From Octopus bimaculoides (Eukaryota), in contig NC_068990.1 of NCBI RefSeq assembly GCF_001194135.2, forward strand, positions 48,601,673 to 48,640,990: DNA of 39,318 nucleotides. The letters run 5' to 3'. Numbering within the stretch: the stretch's first letter is position 1; each line of letters begins with the position of its first letter. The notes under the pieces were generated by a model, which was not told where the DNA came from, did not search any database, and saw only the letters and a program-made list of their open reading frames with translations. The translations under genes and the position numbers were made by a program. Below are positions 22,325-33,809 of this stretch, piece by piece.

Positions 22325-23660
22325 TTTCACTGATTTTCAGAAACACATTTTGGTTTTGAGCCTATCCTCACCTATGGTCATAAATGTTGACCATAGAGGA
22401 TGATTGTGAACATCGGTGAACAAAATGGGGTTCCTACCAAAGGATCTTTGAAGTAACATTACTTGACAGGTTGCATAACTCAGAGATCAGGTAATTACTA
22501 CAGATTAAGGCACTATCTGTCTGCATTGAGAGGTTACAGCTCCAGTATTACAGAAATGTGATTAGAATGGTGCAGGAAAGAATTGCAAGACAGATTCTTC
22601 AAGCCAAGCCAACTAGGAGGTGACCTAGGGATAGACCAAGAACAAGATCATCATCATCATCATCATCGTTTAACGTCCGCTTTCCATGCTAGCATGCGTT
22701 GGACGATTTGACTGAGGACTGGTGAAACCAGATGGCTACACCAGGCTCCAATATGATTTAGCAGAGTTTCTACAGCTGGATGTCCTTCCTAACGCCAACC
22801 ACTCAGAGAGTGAAGTGGGTGCTTTTTACATGCCACCAGTACGAGGGCCAGTCAGGCGGTACTGGCAATGGCCACGCTCAAAATGGTGTATTTTATGTGC
22901 CACCCGCACAAGAGCCAGTCTAGGGGCACTGGCAACGATCTCACTCGAAAGTCCTTACAANNNNNNNNNNNNNNNNNNNNNNNNNNNNNNNNNNNNNNNN
23001 NNNNNNNNNNNNNNNNNNNNNNNNNNNNNNNNNNNNNNNNNNNNNNNNNNNNNNNNNNNNNNNNNNNNNNNNNNNNNNNNNNNNNNNNNNNNNNNNNNNN
23101 NNNNNNNNNNNNNNNNNNNNNNNNNNNNNNNNNNNNNNNNNNNNNNNNNNNNNNNNNNNNNNNNNNNNNNNNNNCAATTTAACTCGATTTCAATTTCACT
23201 TGCCTCAACAGGTCTTCACAAGTGGAGTTTAGTGTCCAATGAAGGAAGGAAGGTACGCATAAATGGACTGGCTGAGGCCTTAGATTTAGGTCTCATTTGG
23301 CTTGCCGGGTCTTCTCACGCACAGCATATTTCCAATTGGCAGAGTTTCTACAGCTGGATACCCTTCCTAACGCCGACCACTCAGAGAGTGTAGTGGGTGC
23401 TTTTATGTGCCACCGGCATGAAGGCCAGTCAGGCGGTACTGGCAACGGCCATGCTCAAAATGGTGTATTTTATGTGCCACCCGCACAAGAGCCAGTCTAG
23501 GGGCACTGGCAACGATCTCACTCGAAAGTCCTTACAAGATGGTTGGATAATATCCTTAGTCTCAGTTGGTCATACTTAAGAACCCAGCTGGAAGGTCTCA
23601 CGATGGCTGCTTTTATAGAGGATGTTCTTGAGAACTCTATCCCCATGACCCTTCCAGAAG
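22325..23660 (+). mobile_element. Old RTE-type LINE C-terminal relic, interrupted by a younger RTE 3' insertion
   Basis: Degenerate peptide PILTYGH...LQYY...IARQILQAKPTRR*PRDRPRT, which resumes after 23540 as RWLDNILSLSWSYL. Confidence 0.7.
22649..23533 (-). mobile_element. RTE 3' UTR/tail insertion with a 7-bp target-site duplication
   Basis: (ATC)n tail at 22647-22669. ACAAGAT occurs at 22642-22648 and 23534-23540. The insertion contains gap 22961-23174. Confidence 0.8.
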
Positions 23661-24149
23661 ATGCTTGTATATAAATAAATAAATAACCAATGTGAAAAAT
23701 AAAACCTGTACTTAGCATTTGATGCTACTCCAAAAGTTCTTCTTACATCACATCAATTAACTTACTGAACATTTGAGTAAAACAAAGATTGGCAGAGGGA
23801 AGGATTTCGAAAAATTTGAATTTCTTTTCACCAATCAACAAATAGTGAGAATGACTAAGACAGAAAATAAATATAATTATTTTTGGAAAGATTCAATTGT
23901 CAACAATTCTAAATCTGCCCAAGTGAATACTTATGGCAGATCTTTAGAGAGTTTTTTTATTTATCCATTTATTTAGCAATTTATATATTTTATGTTACAT
24001 TGTGTCATTGGCTACAGGTTTCCAAATATGCTAGTTTCTGATTCACTGTATTCTTGAAAGTGAGACTGACAAGTAATTGTCTGTCTCAAAATTTCTATTC
24101 AAAAGTGGTGTTTTTCAGTTTTGTGTTGATGTTTACATTTTTTACCAGC

Positions 24150-25775
24150 ATATATTATGAAAAATCCAAATGTACCTTCTTCACCAACTCTGACATCAAA
24201 TTCCATAACATCTGTGAAATTCACACCTGCAATGCTGCAACACCACCTCAAGAATAAATGCAACTGTGCCTCTCCTGGTCGTGATGATGTTACTTATTTG
24301 CTTCTCAGATGTGGCAGATCAGCTTTCATTCTTCTTTCAATTCTGCCTTAACAACTGTGTTACTCAGAGAAGTGGAAAATTGCCAATGTCATTCCCCTGT
24401 TCAAAAAAGGTGATCACACATCACCTGTCAACTACCAACAGTAAGCCTTACTAGCTGTATCTCCAAACTGATGGAGTCCTGTGTCAGAGAAACACTCTGG
24501 AGCTTTTGGAGCTCTCACAGCCTTTTGGATTTATCCCTAACTCCAGCTGCTGTAGCCAATTCATCGAGTTTCTTGAGGACATCATATGAGTTACTGATAG
24601 CAGCTCATGAGTGGGTGTCATCTATTTTGACTTTACTAAAGCCTTCAGTTCTGCACCACACAAACAACTCATGGCAAAATTCTTTGCAATGGGTGTGAAA
24701 GATAATCTCTATAACTGGCTGGAGTCCCTCATCCTTGGTTGAAAGAGGTAGTTACAGTTCTAGGACATCATTCTTCACCTTACGAGATGACACCTGGTGT
24801 ACCACAAGGATCTGTTCATGGATCCCTACTGTTTGTTGCATATATTAATGACATAGATGCCAACTTGAAGAATGTCACAGTGTTGAAACATGCAGATGAC
24901 ATCAAGCTGTACCCCAAGATAAAAAGAACAGATCTTGTACACTACAGATCTTTCCTGCAATCAGACCTGTACACAATGCAGCAATGGATTTCTGACTGGC
25001 AATTCAAGCTAACTGTGAACAAGTGCATTGCCATGTACTTTAGGAACAAAAACCCAGCCTTTACATAATCCCTCAGCAACACCAATCTAAAGACAAGAAG
25101 TCTTCTAGTGAATGTGATGTGGGTATTATTGAAAACAGTGATCTGTGTTGGACAAACCACATCTCTAAGATTGTCGAGAAAGCTGAGGGTGTCCTAGCAT
25201 CACTCAGTACAACCTTTGTTAGCTGCTCTCCAGCTATCTATTTAAAACTGTATATGACAATGGTACAACCACATTTAGAATTTGCATCATCAGTCTGGAA
25301 CCCCTATCTTGTTCAGCATATAAATCTCCTGGAAACTGTTCAGAAGCATGCAATAAAATGAATACCTGATGTCAGGCTTCTACCATAATCTGAATGTCTT
25401 GCTTCCCTGGGTATGGACATATTGAAGCTCAGACATCTGGCAACTGAATTAATAGACACCCACAAGATTATCCACCATCTTTCCAACAACAACCTAGGGC
25501 ACCTTTTTGAATTCCATATGACAAACACTGGTGGACATGCTTACAAAGTCAAAAAACAACATGGCACCTATGACTTTAGGAAACATTTTTTTCATCTTCA
25601 GAATTGTTGAAGCATGGAATAAATTACCTGCATCAGTTGTTAGCTGTCAAGACACTACATCTTTCAAAACTTCCATGCTTCCTGAAATCTGCCAACAGTA
25701 CACTTGATGGCGCTTTTTCCCTTTTCATAATTGTAGTGCACCTAAGCACTGTATACAATAATTTCTTTCATATTA
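24150..25775 (+). mobile_element. CR1-clade LINE RT fragment to its 3' end (pseudogenised)
   Basis: WKIANVIPLFKKGD, YFDFTKAF, GVPQGSVHGSLLFVAYIND, HADDIKLY, LQSDL..MQQW, and KLYMTMVQPHLEFASSVWNPYL. Many frameshifts. Confidence 0.9.
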
Positions 25776-26190
25776 TATATATATATATACAAATACACAC
25801 ACACACACATAATTATATGCACAAGGCACAGATCAACTCAAGATTATTGCAAAAAATACTTACCTAAGGTTCTGTGAAGTAAAACTGAACCATATAGTTG
25901 CAAAATAAACTTGTTAACACACAGTCATATCAACTTTACAGACAGATTGTTATGAAATGTATGGTGGTTAAGCCTAACAGTCCTCCAGTACATATTAGTT
26001 AGTGAACAACCCACTTATCGTTTTCTATCATAACTCTAATGTCTATAGTGGGTAGAATGCAGTTAGGGCAAAATCAGTATTGTCAGGTTCTATATAGAGA
26101 CCACCATCGGTCAAGGTTTTAGCCATGTATCTGCAGCTGGTGCACAGGTCTGGGCAAGGCTCTTTTCTCTTTTTGTGGAGGTTTTTCAGT

Positions 26191-26355
26191 CAGGGCCATC
26201 TTAGCAGAATTATAAGTCTTTGAGTAAATCAATGCACTGAGTTTTATAGTATTTATTGATAACAAGCCACAGCATACATAAATTAGAGTTGGGCCTCTAG
26301 GTCTATATGGCCCCCAGGCAACTGCCCAGTATGCCTATGTATTTAGACAGCACTG
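26191..26355. mobile_element. Possible short hAT-type MITE relic
   Basis: Ends CAGGGCCATCTT and TTTAGACAGCACTG are imperfect inverted repeats, with a GGCCCCCAGGCAACTGCCCA subterminal motif. No clean 8-bp TSD. Confidence 0.35.
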
Positions 26356-27189
26356 CTGGCAGTTGCCCATACATACAAGTCACCTCTTCTCCATGCTGCA
26401 GATGTTGTCCTAAGAAAAGGCAGCCAGCTTAAGGTTGATACTTCTTGGTACCAATGTCTTTGAAGGCATTACTGTCAGAATACAAAAAGCCAGCACAGAT
26501 AACACAAGACATCATGTTCAATTCTGATGCTGTAATAAATCTGCCAATCCACTGCCTAGGATTAGTTGCTACTTTTTGTATAAACTCCAATAATAAGAAA
26601 TGCAATGTTGTTTTCAGTACGATTTGAACTCAAAAGGCAGAGAGTTGAAACAAATGCCATGAAACATTTTATGCAGCACCCTAACTATTGTGCCAACTCA
26701 CTGCTTCAGACAAGTTCTAAGCTTAGTACTTTTATATATATAGAATATATATAAAACACAGGATGTATGTGTCTGTGTCTTTCATGTTGTTAAAACTCAA
26801 GACTCACCCAACCAATTTTATTGAAATTTTACACATGCATTACATAGGGTTTATGGTGTATCATGAGCCAAAAACATTTTCAACTTCTTACCTAATGCAG
26901 GCTCAGGGGCAGATAAACTGCATTTTTTAAGCATTTTTGCAGCATTAAGGCCAATAGCTTAAAGAGTATCCAGTTGCTTTTCTCCAAATTTGCAACAAAC
27001 ATTTAAAACTCACTTTTATTTACGTTTATCATGTTTAATATGTGTTAAAAGTGTATAAATTTTGTATTTTGTTTATAATTTTATTTTCATTCCTGCTGGA
27101 GCCCTTTTATTTGTCCAAGACAGCTTTTTTTTTCAATTTGGCAGCAATCATTTTCTTTACCTCCATCCCCAAGATGGAGCAATCGTTTA

Positions 27190-27442
27190 GCTGAGCTTAA
27201 AGAACACATTCAGTTAGCAGTGCAGGAGCTAACTCCCGAGATGCTTCAAAATGTATTTCACAACACTAAGGAGAGATTTGAAGTATGCAGGGATACAGGC
27301 ATGTTGAAAATTTTAAATAAAAGTTTGACTTAGGATTTATAAATCTATTTGTTTTGGTAATAAACATAAAATTCTGTGAGTTTTTTTTTTTTAATTTGCT
27401 CAATTTCATTGAAATGGATAGTTAATTCTGGAACACCCTATA
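27190..27442 (+). mobile_element. Tc1/mariner transposase C-terminal relic with right TIR
   Basis: LAELKEHIQLAVQELTPEMLQNVFHNTKERFEVCRDTG, ending in TTCTGGAACACCCTA plus TA. Confidence 0.65.
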
Positions 27443-27577
27443 TGGTGTAGTGTTGTTAGTTGTTGTGTTGCTCTAGTAAATATTAAAATCAAAGGTCTTC
27501 TGGCTGTAAACATCCCATTTTTTTGTTAAGCATATTGTAGCGAGGAGTATATTATCCAAAATGTATCTTTCCTTTAT

Positions 27578-27699
27578 AGGTGTGGCTGTATGATTGAGAA
27601 ACTTACTTGCCAACCATGTTGCTTTGGGTTCAGTCCCATTGTGTGGCACATTGGGCAATTCTCTTTCATTACAGCTCTGTGCCAACCAAAGCCTTGTGT
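27578..27699 (+). mobile_element. SINE 5' head fragment
   Basis: GTGTGGCTGTATG...GGGTTCAGTCCCATTGTGTGGCACATTGGGCAA...CCAAAGCCTTGTG matches 17628-17740. Confidence 0.75.
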
Positions 27700-30156
27700 A
27701 TTATATAATTGCCATTACTGTATTGATATATGAAATAACACATACAACTCACTTATTATTGTCATATAATAAACAAACAGAAGTTTGTGTATGAAATTGA
27801 TCTTTTTTCTACTTCAGTTATTAGGTTTTTTTCTTATAAAATACACACATACAGGAGGAGTAAATCTATATATATATAATAACACTTTGAATGTGGTTCC
27901 CAAGAAAGAGTAAAAGTAAATTACCTGATCAATGATGGGTATTACTGCTAGTAATTCTATAAACTATCAATTAACCAATCAAGATCAGAACTACAATATT
28001 GGATAGCATAAAAGACACACAGGTTTTAGTGCATTAATTCGCATATAAAATGTGGGGTGGTTTTATGGAGGCATTTTTTTAAAAAGCTTTTATATTCCAT
28101 CAAATACAGTATATCACTACTCTTAGTTTCCCAACTTCCAGCGACGTAAATTAGAGTTGAAATTGTTCAACACTTTTCCTTCTAAACACACTACACTACA
28201 TTATTAGTGGTGTAATACAAACTAGAAACAAAATGAAAATCTAACAAGTTTGATTATATTCTCAGTAATGTCTAAAGTATGAAAATAGATCTATAGTTTT
28301 CACAATGAACTTTCAGTTGTTTAATCAACTATACTACCTACTTGTTAACATAGCCTTCAGTGGTTGAGTAATCCATAAACATGTGTACTTTTAACATAAC
28401 TTATAGGTTGAATCAACATGACATACAACAAGGTTGAACTTTTGAACTACAGATAAAATTCATCCAACAAGCTTCCAAGCAGTTTCAAGATATTTGTCCA
28501 AGCTTATGAATAAATCATAGAACCTTGCAGTTGCAAAAAAAATCTTAACACAGTTATGCCTACTTTATAAATAAATAGATTGTCATTAATTGTATGATAA
28601 CATAGTCTAACAGTGTTATGTACATAATGGTTAGTGAACACCCCTATCCTGCTATTCTCTGTCATAGCTCTAATATCTGTTGCAGGTAGAAAATAGATGA
28701 AACAAAATGAGTATTCTACAGGATGTGGCAGAAAAAGAAACTCCCACTTCTTAACAGGTTGACAAGCATTTTAACAACAAATTTACAGTGTGCACGGGTA
28801 CAAACCATAAGGGAACCTGAAAAGCATTATCTACATGAAGACACCATTACTGCCTGCTTAGCTTCACTCCCACATCCTATATATGGAGACTACCTATCAT
28901 TGGCTATGCTGCATCTACACTAAAGTACATGCAGAATTATATTCAGATACTTTTATTTTAACAATTTTAATTTCTTCAATGCAATGATTTTATTAAAGAT
29001 TGTAGAGAAGAAATAGCCATCTTCTCACTCTCATCCCAGAAAGGTGTAATATATAAATTTAAGAACTTGTGTATCCTCTATTGTATCTTTAATGCTTATT
29101 TTTCATCAATGTTTTCCCAAATAAGCTTATCTATGTGGTGCAGGCTAAAACGTGTCTTGCGGCTAAAAAGTGTTTCCACACACTATTCCATGGCATATTG
29201 GGCAAGTTTTTTTCAACTATAACCTCTAACTGACAAATGCTTTGTGAGTAGACTTCAATAACGGAAGGTACATGAAAGCCCATTGAATATGTTTGTGAGT
29301 ATTTCTGCATCTATATCTTTCACTTAACAGAGTTCATTGAAATAGGTACAAGGTTCAATATGGCTGACTAAAACACTTGAAGGTGGTGCCTCAATATTCC
29401 AGTAACTAAAACCAGTAAAGAATAAAAAAAAATAAATGAAGGCTGTAGAATATCATTCCTAAGCAATGATATTAAAACCATTGTTTGTAATGTGATATTC
29501 TTTCTTTCTTTTCTTTCATTTGAACTGGAGTCAAAGTTATGACAATTTCTAATTTACGTAATACAAGTGTCATTTCCATTCAATTATCCGTGCAAGTGTT
29601 ATTCTTCCTATAGAGAAACAAGATTTCAGCAGACATGTCTTAGAAAATACCAAGCCAAGACGGAATGTATTTCTTTATACATAGTGGAATTATTTCTGCT
29701 GTAGGAGGCTGAAGACTAAAGGTAATGCTCTTGTTGGTTTGCTTTTCTTACATAGGATTGCAGCCATGTATCTATGTTGTCATAGCAGGAATGGCATTTT
29801 TAAAACAATTTTTTATATTTTTATTTTTACTACTGGTGATTAGATCAATTCCTTTTACTAAGAAAATAATAATATATGTAGATCAATACTATAGATCTTC
29901 TAGGATACTTTCTTTCCCATAATTGAAGCACTGAAAGCAGATCTAATGATGAAATCTAACAAGATGTATCATTTGAAAACAATTAAGTAGATTCAAAGCT
30001 AGTTTTGATAGTTGATATTTGATTTTATTAGAATATTCCTCTTAAGACATCAAAATATATGACTCACATAATGTGTGTCTTGCTTCTACCTGGCATTCAC
30101 TCTGACTCTTTACTGAAAATTATAGGTTTGAAATAACAAGATCTGATCAAAGGATT

Positions 30157-30200
30157 TTGTGTGTATGTGTGTGTGTGTGTGTGTGTGTGTCTGTGTGTGC
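30157..30200. repeat. (TG)n microsatellite just inside the first coding intron of the host gene
   Basis: Direct reading. Confidence 0.95.
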
Positions 30201-30238
30201 GCGTGCGCGCACACAAAAAAAACAAAAGGCAAACTTAC

Positions 30239-30348
30239 TTGATTTTGCTGTACTGTTTGTTTTGAAGTGCTTGGTCTCTTTGAAGAACTTCCCAGATCTG
30301 GTGCTGTTCTGCAGCAGAAAGATTATCCACACTTAAGCTTAATTCCAT
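30239..30348 (-). CDS. First coding exon of a Rab-effector gene with an N-terminal Slp-homology (Rab-binding) domain; synaptotagmin-like/MYRIP family
   Basis: ATG at 30348 with an in-frame TAG two codons upstream. It encodes MELSLSVDNLSAAEQHQIWEVLQRDQALQNKQYSKI plus 2 nt and ends in a perfect AA/GTAAGT donor. The LS..E...I..VLQRD..L pattern is the SHD1 helix. Confidence 0.75.
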
Positions 30349-30854
30349 GATCTAATATTCAGCAATGACATTACTTGAATTTTCCTATTGGTTTCTTATT
30401 TTGTTCTTTGTATAAAAAAATTTGGTGTCAAGTATCTTCAAGGGAGATTTAACTTATATTGTACGTCAAAGTTTCATAAAAATTCAAAGCAGTTGAGCAT
30501 CCATGAGAATCCTTTAACAGTAATCCTTGGGCACTTGGATATATAAATTATCTCCAAATATAAAATTCTTTCACAATTGATATGTTCAAGTAAAGAATGC
30601 ACAAAGATGTTGAGGCAAGTTGGTGGCTAAGGCAAGAAACCACTGGTTCATATTGAAATGTATGAGGTTATTAAAAAGCTGGAATGACAAGAAAAGAAAG
30701 AGAGAAATTGTTAAATCAAATCAACATATAAATAATATTGACAAGTTTTGAGAGATAGTTTTGAATGAGAATACAATGGGAACAGATAAAATAGGTCATT
30801 AATCAAATTATTGCAATTTATGTAAAGAAAAAAATGAAATATTTAATGAAAATA

Positions 30855-32501
30855 CTGCAAGAGAAATACATAGCCAAAGATAAACCTCTGTACTTGGCCT
30901 TTGTTGACTTGGAGAAAGCCTTTGACAGGGTCCCCTGACCCCTTATCTGCTAGTCAAAGTGGAAACTAGGGATAGACAAGTGGTTGGTACAAGCTGTACA
31001 AGCTATGTACAGGGATGCTACCACTGAGATGAGGATTGGCAATGCGTACAGCGAATAATTCAGGGTACAATTAAGGCTTCACTAAGGATCGGTGCCCAGC
31101 CCCCTCTTGTTCATCAAAGTCCTCCAGGCAATAGCACAAGAATTTAAGACATGCTGCCCCTGGGAGCTCCTCTATGCTGATGACCTTGTTCTTATTGCTG
31201 AATCACAACCAGAACTAGAGAAGTTCCAGGTATGGAAGTAAGGTCAAGAATTGAAGGCCCTTACAGTTAACCTAGCAAAATCTAAAGTCTTAGTAAGTAG
31301 AAAGGTAGACAAATCACAAATCCCTTCAGGTAGAGGGCCCTGCTCAATCTGTAGAAAAGGTGTATATAGAAATTCCATAAGCTATACCCAATGTAAGCTT
31401 TGGACACATAAAAGGTGCAGTAATATTAGAGGAAGGTTAACAGGGAAACTAGCTTTTGTATGTGGAAGATGCACAGGTACAATAAACACTGAAAATGTGC
31501 AGAAAATAGACTCCATAAACTGCTGGGGGGAGGGGGAGTTAGAGATAGTAGATAGCTTCCATTATCTAGGTGACCAAGTCAGCATTGGAGGTGGATGCTC
31601 TGAGAGCATAGCTGTGAGAATAAGATTAGGCTATGCAAAGTTCAGAGAGCTAATACCTCTGCTGGCAACAAAGGGCTTCTCACTCAGAGTGACAGGCAGA
31701 TTTTATGATGCCTGTATGCAAACAGCTATGCTACATGGCAGTGAAGCGTGGGCTGTGCCAGCTGAGGACATGCACAGGCTTGAAAGAAATGAAACCAGTA
31801 TGATTCACTAGAGGTGCAATGTCAGTGTGCATGTTCGACAGTGTAAGCATCTTGAGAGAAAAGTTCGGCATAAGCGGCATCAGATGTGGTATGCAAGAGA
31901 GATGACTGCACTGGTATGGTCATGTGATGTGTATCTATGAGGACAGCTGTGTAAAGAAGTTCCAATCTCTAACTGTGGAGGGAACCTGTAGTAGAGGTTG
32001 ACCCAGGAAGATGTGGGATGAAGTGGTGAAGCATGATCTTTGAACTTTGAGCCTTACAGAGGCAATAATTACCGACCAAGAACTTTGGCGATCTGCTGTG
32101 CATGAGAAGCCAAGTGAGATCATAGTCATGACTGATGCCGGTGTCATGTAAAGAGCACCTTTTGAATATTGGGCCTTATGGAGGCAAAGTGGCCGAGTTC
32201 CTTTCAAGTGTTGGGCCTCATAGAGATAATGATCGAAGCCTTTGGCATTATGTCATGCTTAAGAAGACCCATGAAGCTGAGCAAAATCGTAGTCATGGCA
32301 GATACTACAAATGGCTCCCATGCTGGTGGCAAGTAAATGCACCCATTACACTCTCAGAGTGGTTAGCATTAGGAAGGGCATCCAGCCATAGAAAACCATG
32401 CCAAATCAGACAGGGGTTTGGTGCAGCCTTCCAGCTTACCAGCCCTGGTCAAACCGTCCAACCCATGCCAGCATGGACAGCAGACATTAAATGATGATGA
32501 T
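30855..32501 (+). mobile_element. 5'-truncated RTE-clade LINE (RT with an inserted C4HC3-like zinc finger, 3' UTR and (TGA)n tail)
   Basis: LYLAFVDLEKAFDRVP, PWELLYADDLVLIAE, FHYLGDQ, and AMLHGSEAW. Stops are present. Confidence 0.92.
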
Positions 32502-32590
32502 ATATATATATATATATATATATGTAAATATATAAAAACAAAAAGATAAAGAGAGTAAAGGTAAGGTTGGAGAAGTATTTTATGGATAGA

Positions 32591-32639
32591 GTCTTACAGC
32601 TGTTTCTGGGAAGATCCAGTACTTCCCTTCATCGGAGAC
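32591..32639 (-). ncRNA. Minimal type I hammerhead ribozyme motif with palindromic stem III
   Basis: The minus strand reads GTCT-CCGATGA-A-GGGAAG(tactggat)CTTCCC-A-GAA-ACAGCTGT-A-AGAC. Stem I is GUCU/AGAC, stem II has 6 bp, the ACAGCUGU palindrome forms stem III, and the triplet is GUA. Confidence 0.72.
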
Positions 32640-33006
32640 AGAAAAAATAAAGTAATCTATTATTATATCCTTAGGCGGATATTTTTAGTATGAAGTGGTA
32701 AAGAGTGTGATGTGCTGAAAAAAGAGAGAACAGTACTTGAAGTGTAGTTTCATTCCAGTGGTAAATATCCGTGTAGAAATCCATGCAAAGTAATCCATGT
32801 GTGGATAATCCGGAAATTGATGTTGGAGCGAAAGTTGATATAGCATAGATAGCAGAGGTACATATATTCCATATTGCAATGGATTTTTGCTTGTTTACTT
32901 GAAGAATGGCCAAGTCTCTCTCTTTTTTCAGCACATCACACTCTTTACCACTTCATACTAAAAATATCCGCTTATGGATATAATAATAGATTACTTTATT
33001 TTTTCT

Positions 33007-33055
33007 GTCTCCAATGAAGGGAAGTACTGGATCTTCCCAGAAACAGCTGTAAGAC
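33007..33055 (+). ncRNA. Second hammerhead copy with a core G5-to-A change
   Basis: GTCT-CCAATGA-A-GGGAAG(tactggat)CTTCCC-A-GAA-ACAGCTGT-A-AGAC. Confidence 0.65.
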
Positions 33056-33281
33056 TCTATCCATAAAATACTTCCCCAACCTTACCTTTACTCTCTTTAT
33101 CTTTTTGTTTTTATATATTTACATATACACACGCTAATACACGACTTATAATACCCAATCCTGTTCATACAAAGAATGGCCCAAACTAGTCGGTATACAG
33201 CACTTACTCGGTATTACCTGTATCCTCCTGGGTTTGGTTAAATCCAATACCCTCCTCAACCTTATATATATATATATATAT

Positions 33282-33786
33282 NNNNNNNNNNNNNNNNNNN
33301 NNNNNNNNNNNNNNNNNNNNNNNNNNNNNNNNNNNNNNNNNNNNNNNNNNNNNNNNNNNNNNNNNNNNNNNNNNNNNNNNNNNNNNNNNNNNNNNNNNNN
33401 NNNNNNNNNNNNNNNNNNNNNNNNNNNNNNNNNNNNNNNNNNNNNNNNNNNNNNNNNNNNNNNNNNNNNNNNNNNNNNNNNNNNNNNNNNNNNNNNNNNN
33501 NNNNNNNNNNNNNNNNNNNNNNNNNNNNNNNNNNNNNNNNNNNNNNNNNNNNNNNNNNNNNNNNNNNNNNNNNNNNNNNNNNNNNNNNNNNNNNNNNNNN
33601 NNNNNNNNNNNNNNNNNNNNNNNNNNNNNNNNNNNNNNNNNNNNNNNNNNNNNNNNNNNNNNNNNNNNNNNNNNNNNNNNNNNNNNNNNNNNNNNNNNNN
33701 NNNNNNNNNNNNNNNNNNNNNNNNNNNNNNNNNNNNNNNNNNNNNNNNNNNNNNNNNNNNNNNNNNNNNNNNNNNNNNNNNNNNNN
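33282..33786. other. Assembly gap flanked by (TA)n
   Basis: Ns. Confidence 1.
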
Positions 33787-33809
33787 TATATATATATATA
33801 TATATATTT

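Larger units (their letters stand above)
32519..33127. mobile_element. Non-coding fold-back element: 211-bp inverted arms around a 187-bp spacer
   Basis: 32519-32729 is the reverse complement of 32917-33127, with about 4 mismatches counted by eye. Confidence 0.9.

Noticed and set aside
25960-28710. Two diverged similar segments (about 25975-26080 and about 28605-28710)
   Set aside because: Most simply two old copies of a dispersed repeat, with no distinctive structure.
30068-30112. 45-nt minus-strand segment with strong acceptor and GTGAGT donor near the host exon
   Set aside because: Splicing from the phase-2 donor at 30239 gives a TGA after four codons.
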